A stretch of DNA of 64,000 bases from an uncultured Candidatus Saccharibacteria bacterium (GTDB lineage Bacteria > Patescibacteriota > Minisyncoccia > Phycocordibacterales > UBA9973). The notes under the pieces were generated by a model. It was given only the letters and a program-made list of their open reading frames with translations, searched no databases and was not told the DNA's origin. This document shows, in pieces, positions 30,160-40,733 of this stretch (positions within the stretch are counted from its first letter, which is position 1; every line of letters starts with the position of its first letter). Both the position numbers and the translations under genes were made by a program. The stretch is taken from positions 6,010 to 70,009 of the forward strand of contig CAZGOI010000001.1 in NCBI GenBank assembly GCA_964527185.1. The letters run 5' to 3'.

Positions 30160-31173
30160 CTAGCTCTGGCTAACATATTTATAAGTCAAGCTCGAAACAT
30201 CTTTTATAAAAGCAGCTAGGTCATCATAGTTTTTGCCTTTAGTCATAACGCATATTAGATATGGGTTGTTTGGCAAATAGACGATGCCACAGTTGTGCAG
30301 TTCTATAGAGTCGATGACTGTGCCTTGGGTGTTGATATGTTCGCCAAATTTTTGAGAGACGATAGTGCCTTGGGGTAGACCAGCCACGATGCCGTCTTTA
30401 AATGTTGCCTTGCTTAGTATAGACAGAGCTTTTTCAGAATATTCGTGCGATAGATATGTTGCATTGTAGAGTATTCTGAAAAATAGTGAGTAGTCGCTGA
30501 CAGATATAGTATAGACAGAATTAATTTCTGGACCTTTAAGACCGAGGTCTAAATAGACTTTATTTAAATATGCATCAGTCATATCTGAGAGCAAAAGATT
30601 CATGGCGCCGTTGTCTGAATCGATGATCATTCGATTGATGAGATCTTCGACTGTATATTTTTTATCAATGACGAGTTTAGTGGCTGTATCAAATGGCTGG
30701 TCGTCTAGGTTTGAAATGTTTGGAGTGTATGTCAGCTCGCTATTTAAAATGGAAGATTCAGTTTCAGCTTCTTTGAAAAATGCCACCATGATAACAACTT
30801 TGAGTAGGCTGGCCGGGGCATATTTATCGTCTCTATTTATAGCAAAGAAACCGACATTGCTTTTGCTGCCATAGTTTACAAAATAAACCGATGCTGCAGA
30901 TATTTTATTTTGACTCTCGTCTTTGTTTATAAGGTCGTTCATATCTTTGCTCAATCCCCCGCTTGTATCTATTGCTAAATCCACTGGCCGATCAAGAGCA
31001 AGGAGTGGGTGAATAAATTTATAATCTGTGTCATTTTCTCTTATAGATTTGCTCGAGACAAACTCAACGCTCTTGTAATGCCGACCTATTGAAAAACCAA
31101 CGAGCAACGATATTATCGTAAGCCCGATTCCCAAGATCATAGTTTTTCTTGTATTTTTTGGGGATTCTCTCAT
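30160..31173 (-). CDS. Class A beta-lactamase-like serine hydrolase (membrane-anchored)
   Basis: SxxK (PASLLK) and SDN (IDSDNGA) motifs, with KFG in place of KTG. N-terminal TM helix. Confidence 0.6.
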   Translation of the reverse strand: MRESPKNTRKTMILGIGLTIISLLVGFSIGRHYKSVEFVSSKSIRENDTDYKFIHPLLALDRPVDLAIDTSGGLSKDMNDLINKDESQNKISAASVYFVNYGSKSNVGFFAINRDDKYAPASLLKVVIMVAFFKEAETESSILNSELTYTPNISNLDDQPFDTATKLVIDKKYTVEDLINRMIIDSDNGAMNLLLSDMTDAYLNKVYLDLGLKGPEINSVYTISVSDYSLFFRILYNATYLSHEYSEKALSILSKATFKDGIVAGLPQGTIVSQKFGEHINTQGTVIDSIELHNCGIVYLPNNPYLICVMTKGKNYDDLAAFIKDVSSLTYKYVSQS

Positions 31174-31281
31174 CTAAAATAATTTTACAATAAAACAAAC
31201 AAAACAAAAACCCCTGACAATATGTCAGGGGTTTTTGGCCGATTTATAGTTTCGACAAACTTTTACACTAACCGAGATCCA

Positions 31282-34200
31282 TTAGTTATGAATACTGTAT
31301 GAATCTGTTGGGTAGTTGTAAAGCAGAGTTTCTGCTTGAGGCGTGTTACCTGTGACACCACCTGCTACGTCGTAGTAGGTTGCACTAGATGAAGCACCGA
31401 GCTTGGTAGAGAGAGATGTTGTATTAACAGCACCACTAACTGTAGCTGCGGTTACATAAATGCGGAATGTCTTAGAGGTACCAGCTGGGATCAAGTAGCC
31501 ACCTGCGTTTGTCTGACCAGAACCACAAGCTGCTGTTGTAGTATCGAAACAGATTACGCCTGTTGCCGAACTACCTGTAGTCACACCGAATGTAGCGTTC
31601 TTGGTAGCGATTGTAGCACCTGATGTGTCCTTAACAACTATGTTGTCAGCAGCTGAAACGATCGTAACAACACCTGTTGATGTAACAGTGATTGGAAGTT
31701 GTCCAACTCTTATGTCACCCTTTGCGTTAGCAGTGACTGTAACTTCAAGAAGTTTGACAGAACCGTTTGCCAATGTGTCTGTTGAACCAGCAAGTGAGTA
31801 AGAAGGCATCGAACCTACGAGAGTCATAGTAATAGCTGAAGAAGGAACTGTAAGACCTGTTAAGGTGCTTGTTGAGTTACCACTTGTGTACTTGACTGTT
31901 GTAAGTGTGATAGCTGACGTTGTAGCTGAAGTGAGACCACTTGTACCTACCTCTGGGTAAGATACATATGCGTCTACGTTTACACCAGAACCACCGTTAG
32001 GAACTGCGATTGAAAGACCAGTCATGTATGCAGTACCAGAAACGAATGGAGCAGATATACCATTTACTTTGATGCTTGTAGCAGTTGTAGAACCACTTAC
32101 TGTGAAGGTAAGTTCAGAAACTGTCGATGGAGCATTTGAAGAAGTAAAGTTGAATGTCATCTTTGAGCCGTCAGTAGAACCACCATTAGCAGCAGCGACA
32201 AGCTGAGCAATTGTAGAACTAGATGTGACAACTGTAGGTGTAGCGACTGTACCAGTCTGGAATGTAATTGTTTGACCAGGAACAGCTGAACTTGTTGTAG
32301 AAACATTACTTGTCACACCGATAGATGTAACAGTGAGTGATGTCTGTACAGTAGCACTAGCTGCAGCAGCAGAACTTGAATCAGCAAAGACATCAATAGT
32401 CTTTGTTGCGCCTGGAGCAATTGTAAAGTCTGATGAGAAGGTATTGTCGGCATTACTTGAAGCAGCTGCTGTAGCAGGCTGTTGAGGTGTGCCGGCGTTA
32501 CCCGAAGTCTCAGAAGTTCTTAGACCAGCAAGATCAGCTGATCCTTGTGGACTAGTAGCTGTGAATGCACCGTAAGCAGTATTTACTTTAAGTGTTGTTA
32601 CGCGAACACTCTCAGAAGTACTCTGGTTTTGCAAAATGTATGAACCGATCTTAACACCTGCAGTGTTAGGAGCAGCATTTTGGTTTATATAACCAGCGTT
32701 CTTACCAATCGCAAGGGTAGCAGACTGCATAGTAAGGATATTACCAGTTGCAGTAGGACCTGTGATTGAAGCGTGTGATGACCAGCCTTCAGCTGTAGCA
32801 GCACCCATGTTTGCAGAAACACTACCAGCAGTATAGTTAGTACCACCAGTTGTGCGTAGATCTGCGCGAACTTCGAGTGTACTATCAGCACCTGCAGGAA
32901 CGATCATCTGTGAGCCAAGACTAAATGTCAAAGCACCAGATGTCCAACCTTGCTGTGATCCAACCTGCGCACCATTGAAGTATAGTGTCACATTTTGAAG
33001 ACCAGAAGCAGCAGGAGTTGTACCTGAGAGAACTGGAGTTATAGGAAGTGAAGTAACCTTTATATCCTCACCGTAGCCATGAAGCTTGAAGCGTGCGATA
33101 GCAACGTTTGAAGCACCAGCAGTAGTATTAGTCATAGTACTGAATGTAGGATCAACTACACCAGTGTATGAACCAGTACCGATACTGATCTGGCCAGCTG
33201 TGTTAGGAATAGTTCCAGAAAATGCAACGTTCACACCGATCTGAGGGTCTGTGACCATCAAGTCAGATGCCATTTGCAATGAAACTGTAAGGTTGTAACT
33301 TGAACCCTTTATAACATCACCACGAACTTCAACTGTGTGAGAACCAGTTGTAAGTGAAAGTGGATTTGCAGTCATGTCGAATGTCAAATAGTTAGAACCA
33401 TTTGTAGTCGTCATCATTGCATTATTTCCAACTTTAACACCATCAACGTAGAGTCCTACATTTTGAAGTGCATCAGAAGGGGCTGATCCAGTGATACGGA
33501 AGTTTGCAGCTTTAAGCCACAAAGAACGTGTATTCACTTGGATAGGAGCACGCCATACTGTGTATGAACTTGTTCCAGCGTTTACTGAAGCAGCTGAAAC
33601 TGTGTTTGAACCACTAACAGAAGCGGTAGCAAGTGATCCAGAGCCTGCAATAAACATATCATTACCCTTAACAGCAACTGTGTTTACAGTTGTGCCAACT
33701 GAGAATGATGAAAGTGTTACATAAATGTCATAAGAAGTTGTTGATGAATAAACATCAGCCTTAACAGCAACAGTTCGTGAACCATTAACTGCGAGACCGA
33801 GGTTATTCATAGTGATAGTACCATTCGTATTGAATGAGTAACCATCTGTCAAACGAGTAACTCCATCATAGAGGTAAACGTTTGTAAGGGTGTTTTGATC
33901 AGACACACCACCACGAGTGAGTGTTACAGAATTAACTGTACCATTACCTGTGAATTTGATGTGCATGAGGTCAGCTGTAGCTTGACCGGCAACTATTGTG
34001 CCAGTGGCAGGATTGTCTGTTGAGAGAGCAGCTGAAACTGGGCCTGATTGTGAACCACCAGAACCTGAACCACTGCCTGATCCTGAACCACCGCTTGCGC
34101 CTGCTGCGTTGAGAGCAGCTATTGTCAACTTGCCAACAATGCCATCAGCCTTACCCGATGAAGGGTGACCTGTTTGGAATACTTTGATTGCAGCTGTAGT

Positions 34201-34407
34201 TTTCTTGCCATAAAGACCGTCTACTACTAGACCAGCATTGTCTAATGCATTCAAAGTTTGCTGTAACCACATAACGTCAGCTTTTGAAGATGACTTTGTG
34301 ATTTTGGTTGCTGTAGTTGCCATCCAATCTGCATGTGCAACACCTGCAAAAGTGAGGACAAAAGCTACGAGCAAACCAGCGATTGTTTTTGAATTAATTT
34401 TTAACAT
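31282..34407 (-). CDS. Giant cell-surface protein: N-terminal peptidoglycan-binding domain, (GS)n linker, roughly 900 aa of Thr/Ser/Gly/Ala-rich beta-repeat region
   Basis: Signal peptide. PG_binding_1-like ADVMWLQQTLNALDNAGLVVDGLYGKKTTAAIKVFQ. A GGSGSGSGSGSGG linker. A long low-complexity T/S/G/A/V-rich repeat region. Confidence 0.7.
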   Translation of the reverse strand: MLKINSKTIAGLLVAFVLTFAGVAHADWMATTATKITKSSSKADVMWLQQTLNALDNAGLVVDGLYGKKTTAAIKVFQTGHPSSGKADGIVGKLTIAALNAAGASGGSGSGSGSGSGGSQSGPVSAALSTDNPATGTIVAGQATADLMHIKFTGNGTVNSVTLTRGGVSDQNTLTNVYLYDGVTRLTDGYSFNTNGTITMNNLGLAVNGSRTVAVKADVYSSTTSYDIYVTLSSFSVGTTVNTVAVKGNDMFIAGSGSLATASVSGSNTVSAASVNAGTSSYTVWRAPIQVNTRSLWLKAANFRITGSAPSDALQNVGLYVDGVKVGNNAMMTTTNGSNYLTFDMTANPLSLTTGSHTVEVRGDVIKGSSYNLTVSLQMASDLMVTDPQIGVNVAFSGTIPNTAGQISIGTGSYTGVVDPTFSTMTNTTAGASNVAIARFKLHGYGEDIKVTSLPITPVLSGTTPAASGLQNVTLYFNGAQVGSQQGWTSGALTFSLGSQMIVPAGADSTLEVRADLRTTGGTNYTAGSVSANMGAATAEGWSSHASITGPTATGNILTMQSATLAIGKNAGYINQNAAPNTAGVKIGSYILQNQSTSESVRVTTLKVNTAYGAFTATSPQGSADLAGLRTSETSGNAGTPQQPATAAASSNADNTFSSDFTIAPGATKTIDVFADSSSAAAASATVQTSLTVTSIGVTSNVSTTSSAVPGQTITFQTGTVATPTVVTSSSTIAQLVAAANGGSTDGSKMTFNFTSSNAPSTVSELTFTVSGSTTATSIKVNGISAPFVSGTAYMTGLSIAVPNGGSGVNVDAYVSYPEVGTSGLTSATTSAITLTTVKYTSGNSTSTLTGLTVPSSAITMTLVGSMPSYSLAGSTDTLANGSVKLLEVTVTANAKGDIRVGQLPITVTSTGVVTIVSAADNIVVKDTSGATIATKNATFGVTTGSSATGVICFDTTTAACGSGQTNAGGYLIPAGTSKTFRIYVTAATVSGAVNTTSLSTKLGASSSATYYDVAGGVTGNTPQAETLLYNYPTDSYSIHN

Positions 34408-35035
34408 ATTTTTTTAATTGTATACACGATTAAATCAGCTTCGACTCAACTCGACATTATTTCGAGCTGGAACTGAATGGGTGTATACTTTTTGTTTACA
34501 AAAATTGATCTCTATCAATCAAAAATCATAAACGATTCTCTAAACATATTCTCGCTCCTCTATCAGAGCAAAACATCTGCATAGAAAAAGAAACTTTTTT
34601 GAATGTTCTAGTTTTTTAGACTAGAAACATATCTGCCTTGTCGACAGGGCCGATACCACATCTTTTATTTTTATCTTTAGAGTATTCTCCTCTATCAAAA
34701 GAAAAACTTTCAGGCAAAAACAACAAAGAAGTGGGCGCGACCAATTGAAACATAATTACTAAAAAACCAGCTCAAGACTCCGAAAAGCCTAGAGGATTTT
34801 TAGAGCTACTGTGCCCTTGGTATTAGGGTAAAGTAGTATTAAATTTTCAATGATCGCCCCAGATGCATATATTTTTAAACGCATAAGGGATAGTGCAATG
34901 TTAGCACACTCTGCGAAAATACGCCAGCACTAACATGCAATAGCATTATATACCAAAAATATCTAAATAGGCAATAAATATGGCCTAGAATGTGGATAAG
35001 TTGGGTAGAATAAGTGGGCTATTGGATAAAAGCCT

Positions 35036-35860
35036 TTATTGGGTAATATAGCGGGACCAGCGTTTAGAACCGCTCTTTTTTATCTGACCCTTTAAAACCA
35101 TAGAATTAAGCTCCCTTTGAATTGTCTTCTCAGAGCAGTCAACAAAAGCTGAAGATATGTCTTTAATCGAGATACCATGTTCATTACCTGGTATATTTTT
35201 TCTGTCTTTTATGATGGACATTATTTTCTCAACCCTATCCTGTTTGTTTAAATCACCGTATTTATTGTCTTTCTGTATCAAGGACCTTCTTGGGAATCTT
35301 GTATCAGACATAAAGGACATATTAACATTGTTTGTCCTTTTGTCTTTTATATAGTTTAAATCGTTATATGGATTATTATTCCCAAGGGTTTCTAGATTAA
35401 ACATCTTGTCATCTAGGATGAATGGAAAATGCTTATCTTTAGATTGGTTGAATTCTACTTTTGATACTAAACCCACCAGCTCCCCTCTGAGTATTCCTGT
35501 GTTCATTTCAGATATTAGGCCTATTGTAGAGGAAATCTCGATAAGGGAAATAATCTCACCAATGTGGGATAGAACCACCCTAGTATAATCTCTTTTATCC
35601 ACAGGAGATAGATTGGGTAGTTTGTACATATCGGACAGTAGTTCAACTCCAAGAAGTCTGATCTTGCCACGCAAAGCATCTTCATAATCCATACAATCTG
35701 TTACCATATATAGCGCTGTAATCAGTTTTTCTGTCTTTTTATTGACGTAATCATAAATGGGCTTATTTATTAAAGATTTATTGCTTGAAATAGGTGGGTT
35801 ATTATTTCTATAACTACTATTAAATATGTCTGTCTTTTTGTTGTCTTTATGATAATCCAT
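35036..35860 (-). CDS. Hypothetical protein with C-terminal winged-helix-like segment
   Basis: The C-terminus …ISIKDISSAFVDCSEKTIQRELNSMVLKGQIKKSGSKRWSRYI resembles a wHTH. Confidence 0.45.
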   Translation of the reverse strand: MDYHKDNKKTDIFNSSYRNNNPPISSNKSLINKPIYDYVNKKTEKLITALYMVTDCMDYEDALRGKIRLLGVELLSDMYKLPNLSPVDKRDYTRVVLSHIGEIISLIEISSTIGLISEMNTGILRGELVGLVSKVEFNQSKDKHFPFILDDKMFNLETLGNNNPYNDLNYIKDKRTNNVNMSFMSDTRFPRRSLIQKDNKYGDLNKQDRVEKIMSIIKDRKNIPGNEHGISIKDISSAFVDCSEKTIQRELNSMVLKGQIKKSGSKRWSRYITQ

Positions 35861-35959
35861 GTGTCTTTTTGCAAAATTTATATAAATTTTTTGTCCTTGA
35901 TTTGTCCATTATATACCTAAAAAAATGCAATGCAAATAGTGTGTTATAATTAGCCGTAT

Positions 35960-38173
35960 ATGGCTAAAAAAGATGTTGGTGACGAAGAAATTGAAGCCTC
36001 GAGTAAGGGTGGTAGCAAAAATAAGAATAAAAAAAAGAAAGTTGAATTGAAAGATGAAACTCGCTACAGCATATGGGGTGTTGTCGTGCTTTTATTTGGG
36101 CTTATAATATTTTTATCTATATTTAGGTTGGCTGGTGTCGCCGGTAATTTCATATATAGTTTGCTTAGTTCCCTATTTGGTTTTGGGTACTATATTTTGC
36201 CAATTCTTTTGGTAATAGTTGGCATATCTTTTATGAAGGGCGACAAACCGCAGGTTGCAAAACTTCATGCTGTAACTTCAGCAACTGCCCTGCTTTCAGC
36301 ACTCGCCATTTTAAATATCGCAAGCAATGGAGCTGGCCCTTCTAACGATATTTCTTTTAGCGGCTATTTTGGCAGTATTGTTGCTTGGCCTTTCGTTAAA
36401 CTTTTTGGAATTTATGCTGGGATACTTATCTTGGGAACACTTTTAATAATTTCTCTGATTGCGCTTTTTGATAAGAGACCGAACCTAATGTGGCTGTGGC
36501 AGAAGATATTTAACTTCTTCAAGTTTATAATTAAAAAGCCAAAGTTTTCTATGGGTAAAACCGATGGCCTGCCCTATGATGAAGAAGTGCTAGACCAAAC
36601 AGAAGAAAAAGTAGAGCCACAACCAGTGGTTCAAGGAGTTGAAAGCCATATTGAAGAGGTGGGAGCTGATAATATTGATGAAATTGAAGAATCATTTCCG
36701 GCAAGGAAAAAATTTAAAACCACTTATGTTGCCCCTGCCCTTTCGTTACTTGAAAAAGATAAGGGTAAGCCGAATGTCGGCGACTTGAAAGGAAACATGA
36801 ACATAATTCAGCGGACACTTCTTAATTTTGGAATTTCTGTCGAGATGGATGAAGTAACGATTGGCCCAACGGTAACTCGCTATGCTCTCAAACCAGCTCA
36901 GGGTGTGAAGCTATCGCGGATCGTTGGTCTGCAGAACGACCTATCACTTGCACTGGCTGCCCACCCTATTCGTATTGAGGCACCGATCCCTGGCAAATCG
37001 CTAGTCGGAATTGAAATACCGAATAAAGTAAAATCTATCGTCGGTCTAGCAACGCTCCTTGATGATGAGAAATTTAGAAATTCGCCAAAGCCATTAACAG
37101 TCGCGCTCGGTCGCGCTCTTTCTGGCAAAGCAGTCTTTGGAAATTTAGCCAAGATGCCGCACATGTTGGTAGCTGGAGCGACTGGTTCTGGTAAGTCGGT
37201 GACAATACATTCGATCATCACATCGCTGCTTTATCGCAACGGGCCGGAAGATTTGCGGATGATCATGGTTGACCCAAAGCGCGTCGAGCTGACGCTTTAC
37301 AATAAAATCCCCCACTTGCTGACTCCAGTTATCACCGACCCGAAAAAAACTATTCTTGCGCTCAAGTGGGCAGCTCGCGAGATGGATAGGCGTTATGATA
37401 TACTTGAAGCAGAATCGGTTCGCGACATAGAATCATACCATAGCAATATTTATGGAAATGGTAAAAAAGAAGAAGCTGAGAGGATGCCATACATTGTGAT
37501 CGTCATCGACGAACTCGCCGATATCATGCAGGCTTACCCGAGGGAGCTCGAAAGCGCTATCGTCCGTTTGGCTCAGATGTCTCGGGCTGTCGGTATCCAC
37601 CTCATACTCTCAACCCAGAGGCCGAGTGTCAACGTCATCACGGGTCTTATCAAAGCCAATGTCCCTTCGCGCGTGGCACTGCAAGTTTCTTCGCAGATAG
37701 ATTCAAGGACAATCCTCGATGCTGGCGGGGCAGAAAAATTGCTCGGGGCTGGAGATATGCTTTATATATCGGGAGAAATGTCGCAACCAGAAAGATTGCA
37801 GAGTGCTTTTATATCTGAAGAAGAAGTTAAAAAAGTTGTCGAATATTTGCGCCGTGAGTATGAAGATGAATTGCCGGACACAATCGAACTCTCGGGTTCA
37901 GTCGAGCGGGGTACTAATTTATTTGGTGATAGTATCGAGGGTGGAGATGAAGATGATCTATATGAAGATGCGAGGATGACAGTCATGGAAGCCGGCAAGG
38001 CATCGACATCTTATTTACAAAGAAAACTTGGTGTCGGCTATGCTAGGGCTGCAAAATTGATCGACATGCTTGAGGAGCGCGGCGTCATCGGCCCGGGCAA
38101 CGGTGCCAAACCCCGCGACGTGTTAGAGCGACCGGTTGACCATACAAACCAAACAGCTGAAAATATTAATTAA
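35960..38173 (+). CDS. ftsK: DNA translocase FtsK
   Basis: N-terminal TM helices, a linker, and a motor domain with Walker A AGATGSGKS, Walker B IVIDELAD and a gamma domain. Confidence 0.9.
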   Translation: MAKKDVGDEEIEASSKGGSKNKNKKKKVELKDETRYSIWGVVVLLFGLIIFLSIFRLAGVAGNFIYSLLSSLFGFGYYILPILLVIVGISFMKGDKPQVAKLHAVTSATALLSALAILNIASNGAGPSNDISFSGYFGSIVAWPFVKLFGIYAGILILGTLLIISLIALFDKRPNLMWLWQKIFNFFKFIIKKPKFSMGKTDGLPYDEEVLDQTEEKVEPQPVVQGVESHIEEVGADNIDEIEESFPARKKFKTTYVAPALSLLEKDKGKPNVGDLKGNMNIIQRTLLNFGISVEMDEVTIGPTVTRYALKPAQGVKLSRIVGLQNDLSLALAAHPIRIEAPIPGKSLVGIEIPNKVKSIVGLATLLDDEKFRNSPKPLTVALGRALSGKAVFGNLAKMPHMLVAGATGSGKSVTIHSIITSLLYRNGPEDLRMIMVDPKRVELTLYNKIPHLLTPVITDPKKTILALKWAAREMDRRYDILEAESVRDIESYHSNIYGNGKKEEAERMPYIVIVIDELADIMQAYPRELESAIVRLAQMSRAVGIHLILSTQRPSVNVITGLIKANVPSRVALQVSSQIDSRTILDAGGAEKLLGAGDMLYISGEMSQPERLQSAFISEEEVKKVVEYLRREYEDELPDTIELSGSVERGTNLFGDSIEGGDEDDLYEDARMTVMEAGKASTSYLQRKLGVGYARAAKLIDMLEERGVIGPGNGAKPRDVLERPVDHTNQTAENIN

Positions 38174-38174
38174 A

Positions 38175-38573
38175 ATGAAATTTAAGAAAAACAAAAGCAT
38201 AAAATGGTGGATGAGTTTGGGTCTTTTTGTTGTCCTATTTGTTTTTATTGGGGGTTTTGCATATATGAAGATGCGATATTTGATCTACGGTGTTAATATC
38301 AGGGCTTCGATTACAAAGAGTGGCACGTCGTCGCTTATCGAAATTCTCGGCAATGCTAAAAACGCAACATATGTGACACTGGATGGCCGAGAAATCTTTA
38401 TCGATAAAGATGGTGCGTTCAAAGAGCAAGTGGCCCTCCTGCCTGGACTGTCGGTGTTTGCTATAGATACTGAAGATAAATTTGGAAATATGAAAGAGAA
38501 AAAATTAGAAGTCATGTATGAACAATCAAAAGGAGTTGTAGCAGTCGGCAATACTATTATTAATACAAATTAA
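38175..38573 (+). CDS. Small membrane-anchored hypothetical protein
   Basis: Start at MKFKKNKS just after the ftsK stop; N-terminal TM helix. Confidence 0.4.
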   Translation: MKFKKNKSIKWWMSLGLFVVLFVFIGGFAYMKMRYLIYGVNIRASITKSGTSSLIEILGNAKNATYVTLDGREIFIDKDGAFKEQVALLPGLSVFAIDTEDKFGNMKEKKLEVMYEQSKGVVAVGNTIINTN

Positions 38574-38575
38574 TT

Positions 38576-39625
38576 ATGCAAAAGAAAGTAAAGAGGGAAC
38601 CAAAAGAATTGGGTGTAGAGAAAATCGAGGATACCATTAAATCGATACAGACAAAATTCGGCGAGGGCGCGATCATGAAATTGGGCGATGCCGCCAAAGT
38701 AAATGTCGACGTCATACCGACCGGTTCTATCGGTCTTGATATGGCACTCGGGGTTGGTGGTGTGCCTCGCGGTAGAATTATAGAAATTTTTGGCCCAGAA
38801 TCTTCTGGTAAGACGACGCTCGCCCTCCACATCGTAGCCGAAGCCCAGAGAAAGGGCGGTATATGTGCCTACATAGACGCTGAACATGCTATGGACCCAG
38901 ACTACGCAGGTAAATTGGGCGTCAGCACTAAAGATCTGCTGATCTCACAACCAGACAACGGTGAACAAGCACTCGAAATAACAGAAAGTTTAATCCGTTC
39001 GGGGAAAATCGATGTTGTTGTTGTCGATTCTGTCGCTGCATTAACCCCGCGCGATGAAATCGAGGGCGATATGGGTCAGCAACACGTCGGCAAACAAGCG
39101 CGATTAATGTCGCAAGCCTTGCGCAAATTGACCGCAATAGTTGCTCGTTCAAAGACAGTAGTCATTTTCATAAACCAAATTCGTATGCAGATCGGTATAA
39201 TGTTTGGCAACCCAGAAACGACCCCAGGCGGTAAAGCTTTGAAGTTCTACACATCTGTTCGCATGGATATTCGTCGTATTGCTCAGATCAAGAAAGGCGA
39301 TGAAGTTGTCGGTTCGCGGACACGCGTAAAAGTTGTAAAGAATAAGGTGGCGGCTCCATTTAAACAAACAGAATTTGATATTCTCTATGGTGAGGGTATT
39401 TCGCGTGAAGGTGAAATAATAGCTCTAGGCGAGAAGCTTGGGATCATCGAGAAATCTGGAGCCTCGTATTCATATAAGAACAAAGATGGTGAAAAGGTTC
39501 CAATGGGTCGTGGTTATGACGCGACTCGCACCTGGCTCAAGGAAAATAAAAAGGTCGCCGACACAATTTTGAAAGAAGTAAAAAACCGCTTTGGCGAAAT
39601 ACAGATAACGAGCGCCGGAGAATAA
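38576..39625 (+). CDS. recA: Recombinase RecA
   Basis: GPESSGKTT Walker A, the ALKFY motif, and full-length RecA. Confidence 0.95.
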   Translation: MQKKVKREPKELGVEKIEDTIKSIQTKFGEGAIMKLGDAAKVNVDVIPTGSIGLDMALGVGGVPRGRIIEIFGPESSGKTTLALHIVAEAQRKGGICAYIDAEHAMDPDYAGKLGVSTKDLLISQPDNGEQALEITESLIRSGKIDVVVVDSVAALTPRDEIEGDMGQQHVGKQARLMSQALRKLTAIVARSKTVVIFINQIRMQIGIMFGNPETTPGGKALKFYTSVRMDIRRIAQIKKGDEVVGSRTRVKVVKNKVAAPFKQTEFDILYGEGISREGEIIALGEKLGIIEKSGASYSYKNKDGEKVPMGRGYDATRTWLKENKKVADTILKEVKNRFGEIQITSAGE

Positions 39626-39668
39626 AAAAACTCCACCCATGCGTGGACGGAGTTTAATAAACTAATCT

Positions 39669-40034
39669 TCACCTTGATTTTTTGAGTCTTTCAAATATTA
39701 GGCATAGTAGCCAACATAAAATAGTGCCACACAGCGCTAAAAATATCGAATAAAATAAAATTAGAAGAAAACTATAATTATTTTGACTCGAAATCTTTTG
39801 GCAGGAAAGTATAAAAGATGTTGAGTAGACGACCATCAGTGCCCAGGGTAAATCTTCTGTACTTAATTTTATATTTACATATAAATAAATTACCGAACCG
39901 AACACAAAGATGGTAGAGATAAGCAAAAAATTTGTGACGGGGATATTTATTTTGTTAAAAATTTCTGGGAAAAGACTTAGCGCTGCACAAAATATCAAGA
40001 GTACAGAGGTAAATATTTTTAGGAACTTTTTCAT
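39669..40034 (-). CDS. Small multi-TM membrane protein
   Basis: 121 aa with 3-4 TM helices. Confidence 0.4.
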   Translation of the reverse strand: MKKFLKIFTSVLLIFCAALSLFPEIFNKINIPVTNFLLISTIFVFGSVIYLYVNIKLSTEDLPWALMVVYSTSFILSCQKISSQNNYSFLLILFYSIFLALCGTILCWLLCLIFERLKKSR

Positions 40035-40124
40035 AACTTTGAGTTTTATTTTTTAAGATTATGTTCTTTTTTAATATATTGTCAATAGCTTGAAAAAATT
40101 TCATCGATCATATAGAATAGCCCC

Positions 40125-40697
40125 ATGCTTGAATACAACGAAATACGCGAAAGAAAAATAATTATTTATGAAAGCGAACCTTGCGAGGTTATGGAAAGCC
40201 ACGTTGCGCGGACCCAACAACGCAAGCCACAAAATCAGGTGAAACTGAAGAGTCTGCTTTCTGGTCGCACTTGGAATGCAACATTTCATACTTCAGACAA
40301 AGCTGAAGAGGCTGAGATCACAAAAAAAGATGTAAAGTTTCTGTATGCGAATCGCGGCGAATATTGGTTTTGTGACCCGAACAATCCTCGCGATAGATTT
40401 GAGTTGCCAGAAGAAATTCTCGGCGATTCGGCAAAATATTTAAAGACAAATGAGTTAGCCATTGCTTTGGTCTGGGATAATAGTGGCCAAGACAAGATAA
40501 TCAGCGTCAAGGTTCCGGTCAAAATGGAATTTATCATCAAAGAAGCTCCGCCGGCTATCAAGGGCAATACCGCTTCAGGCGGCGGCAAGACAGCCACGCT
40601 TGAAAATGGAGTAAAAATAACTGTGCCGTTTTTTGTAGAAGCTGGCGACAGAGTCAGAGTCAACACCGAGACCGGAGAGTACGTCGAGCGAGTTTAA
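40125..40697 (+). CDS. efp: Elongation factor P
   Basis: 190 aa with the KOW-like N-terminus and OB domains typical of EF-P. Confidence 0.9.
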   Translation: MLEYNEIRERKIIIYESEPCEVMESHVARTQQRKPQNQVKLKSLLSGRTWNATFHTSDKAEEAEITKKDVKFLYANRGEYWFCDPNNPRDRFELPEEILGDSAKYLKTNELAIALVWDNSGQDKIISVKVPVKMEFIIKEAPPAIKGNTASGGGKTATLENGVKITVPFFVEAGDRVRVNTETGEYVERV

Positions 40698-40733
40698 TAG
40701 GAAATAAAAAATCCTTGAAAAATTAAGGTTTTT

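Noticed and set aside
31601-33724. Antisense ORFs inside the giant surface-protein gene (31601..31801, 32024..32206, 32685..32891, 33491..33724).
   Set aside because: They are embedded in a long, clearly coding minus-strand gene with low-complexity sequence, so they are frame-shadow artefacts.
34408-35035. tmRNA, RNase P RNA, SRP RNA or a tRNA in the 625-bp gap.
   Set aside because: I found none of the signature motifs: no GGAAAGUCCGG, no tRNA-like acceptor/T-arm with a GGUUCGAUUCC-type sequence, and no GGAA-tetraloop SRP helix. The region is left as an uncharacterised leader.
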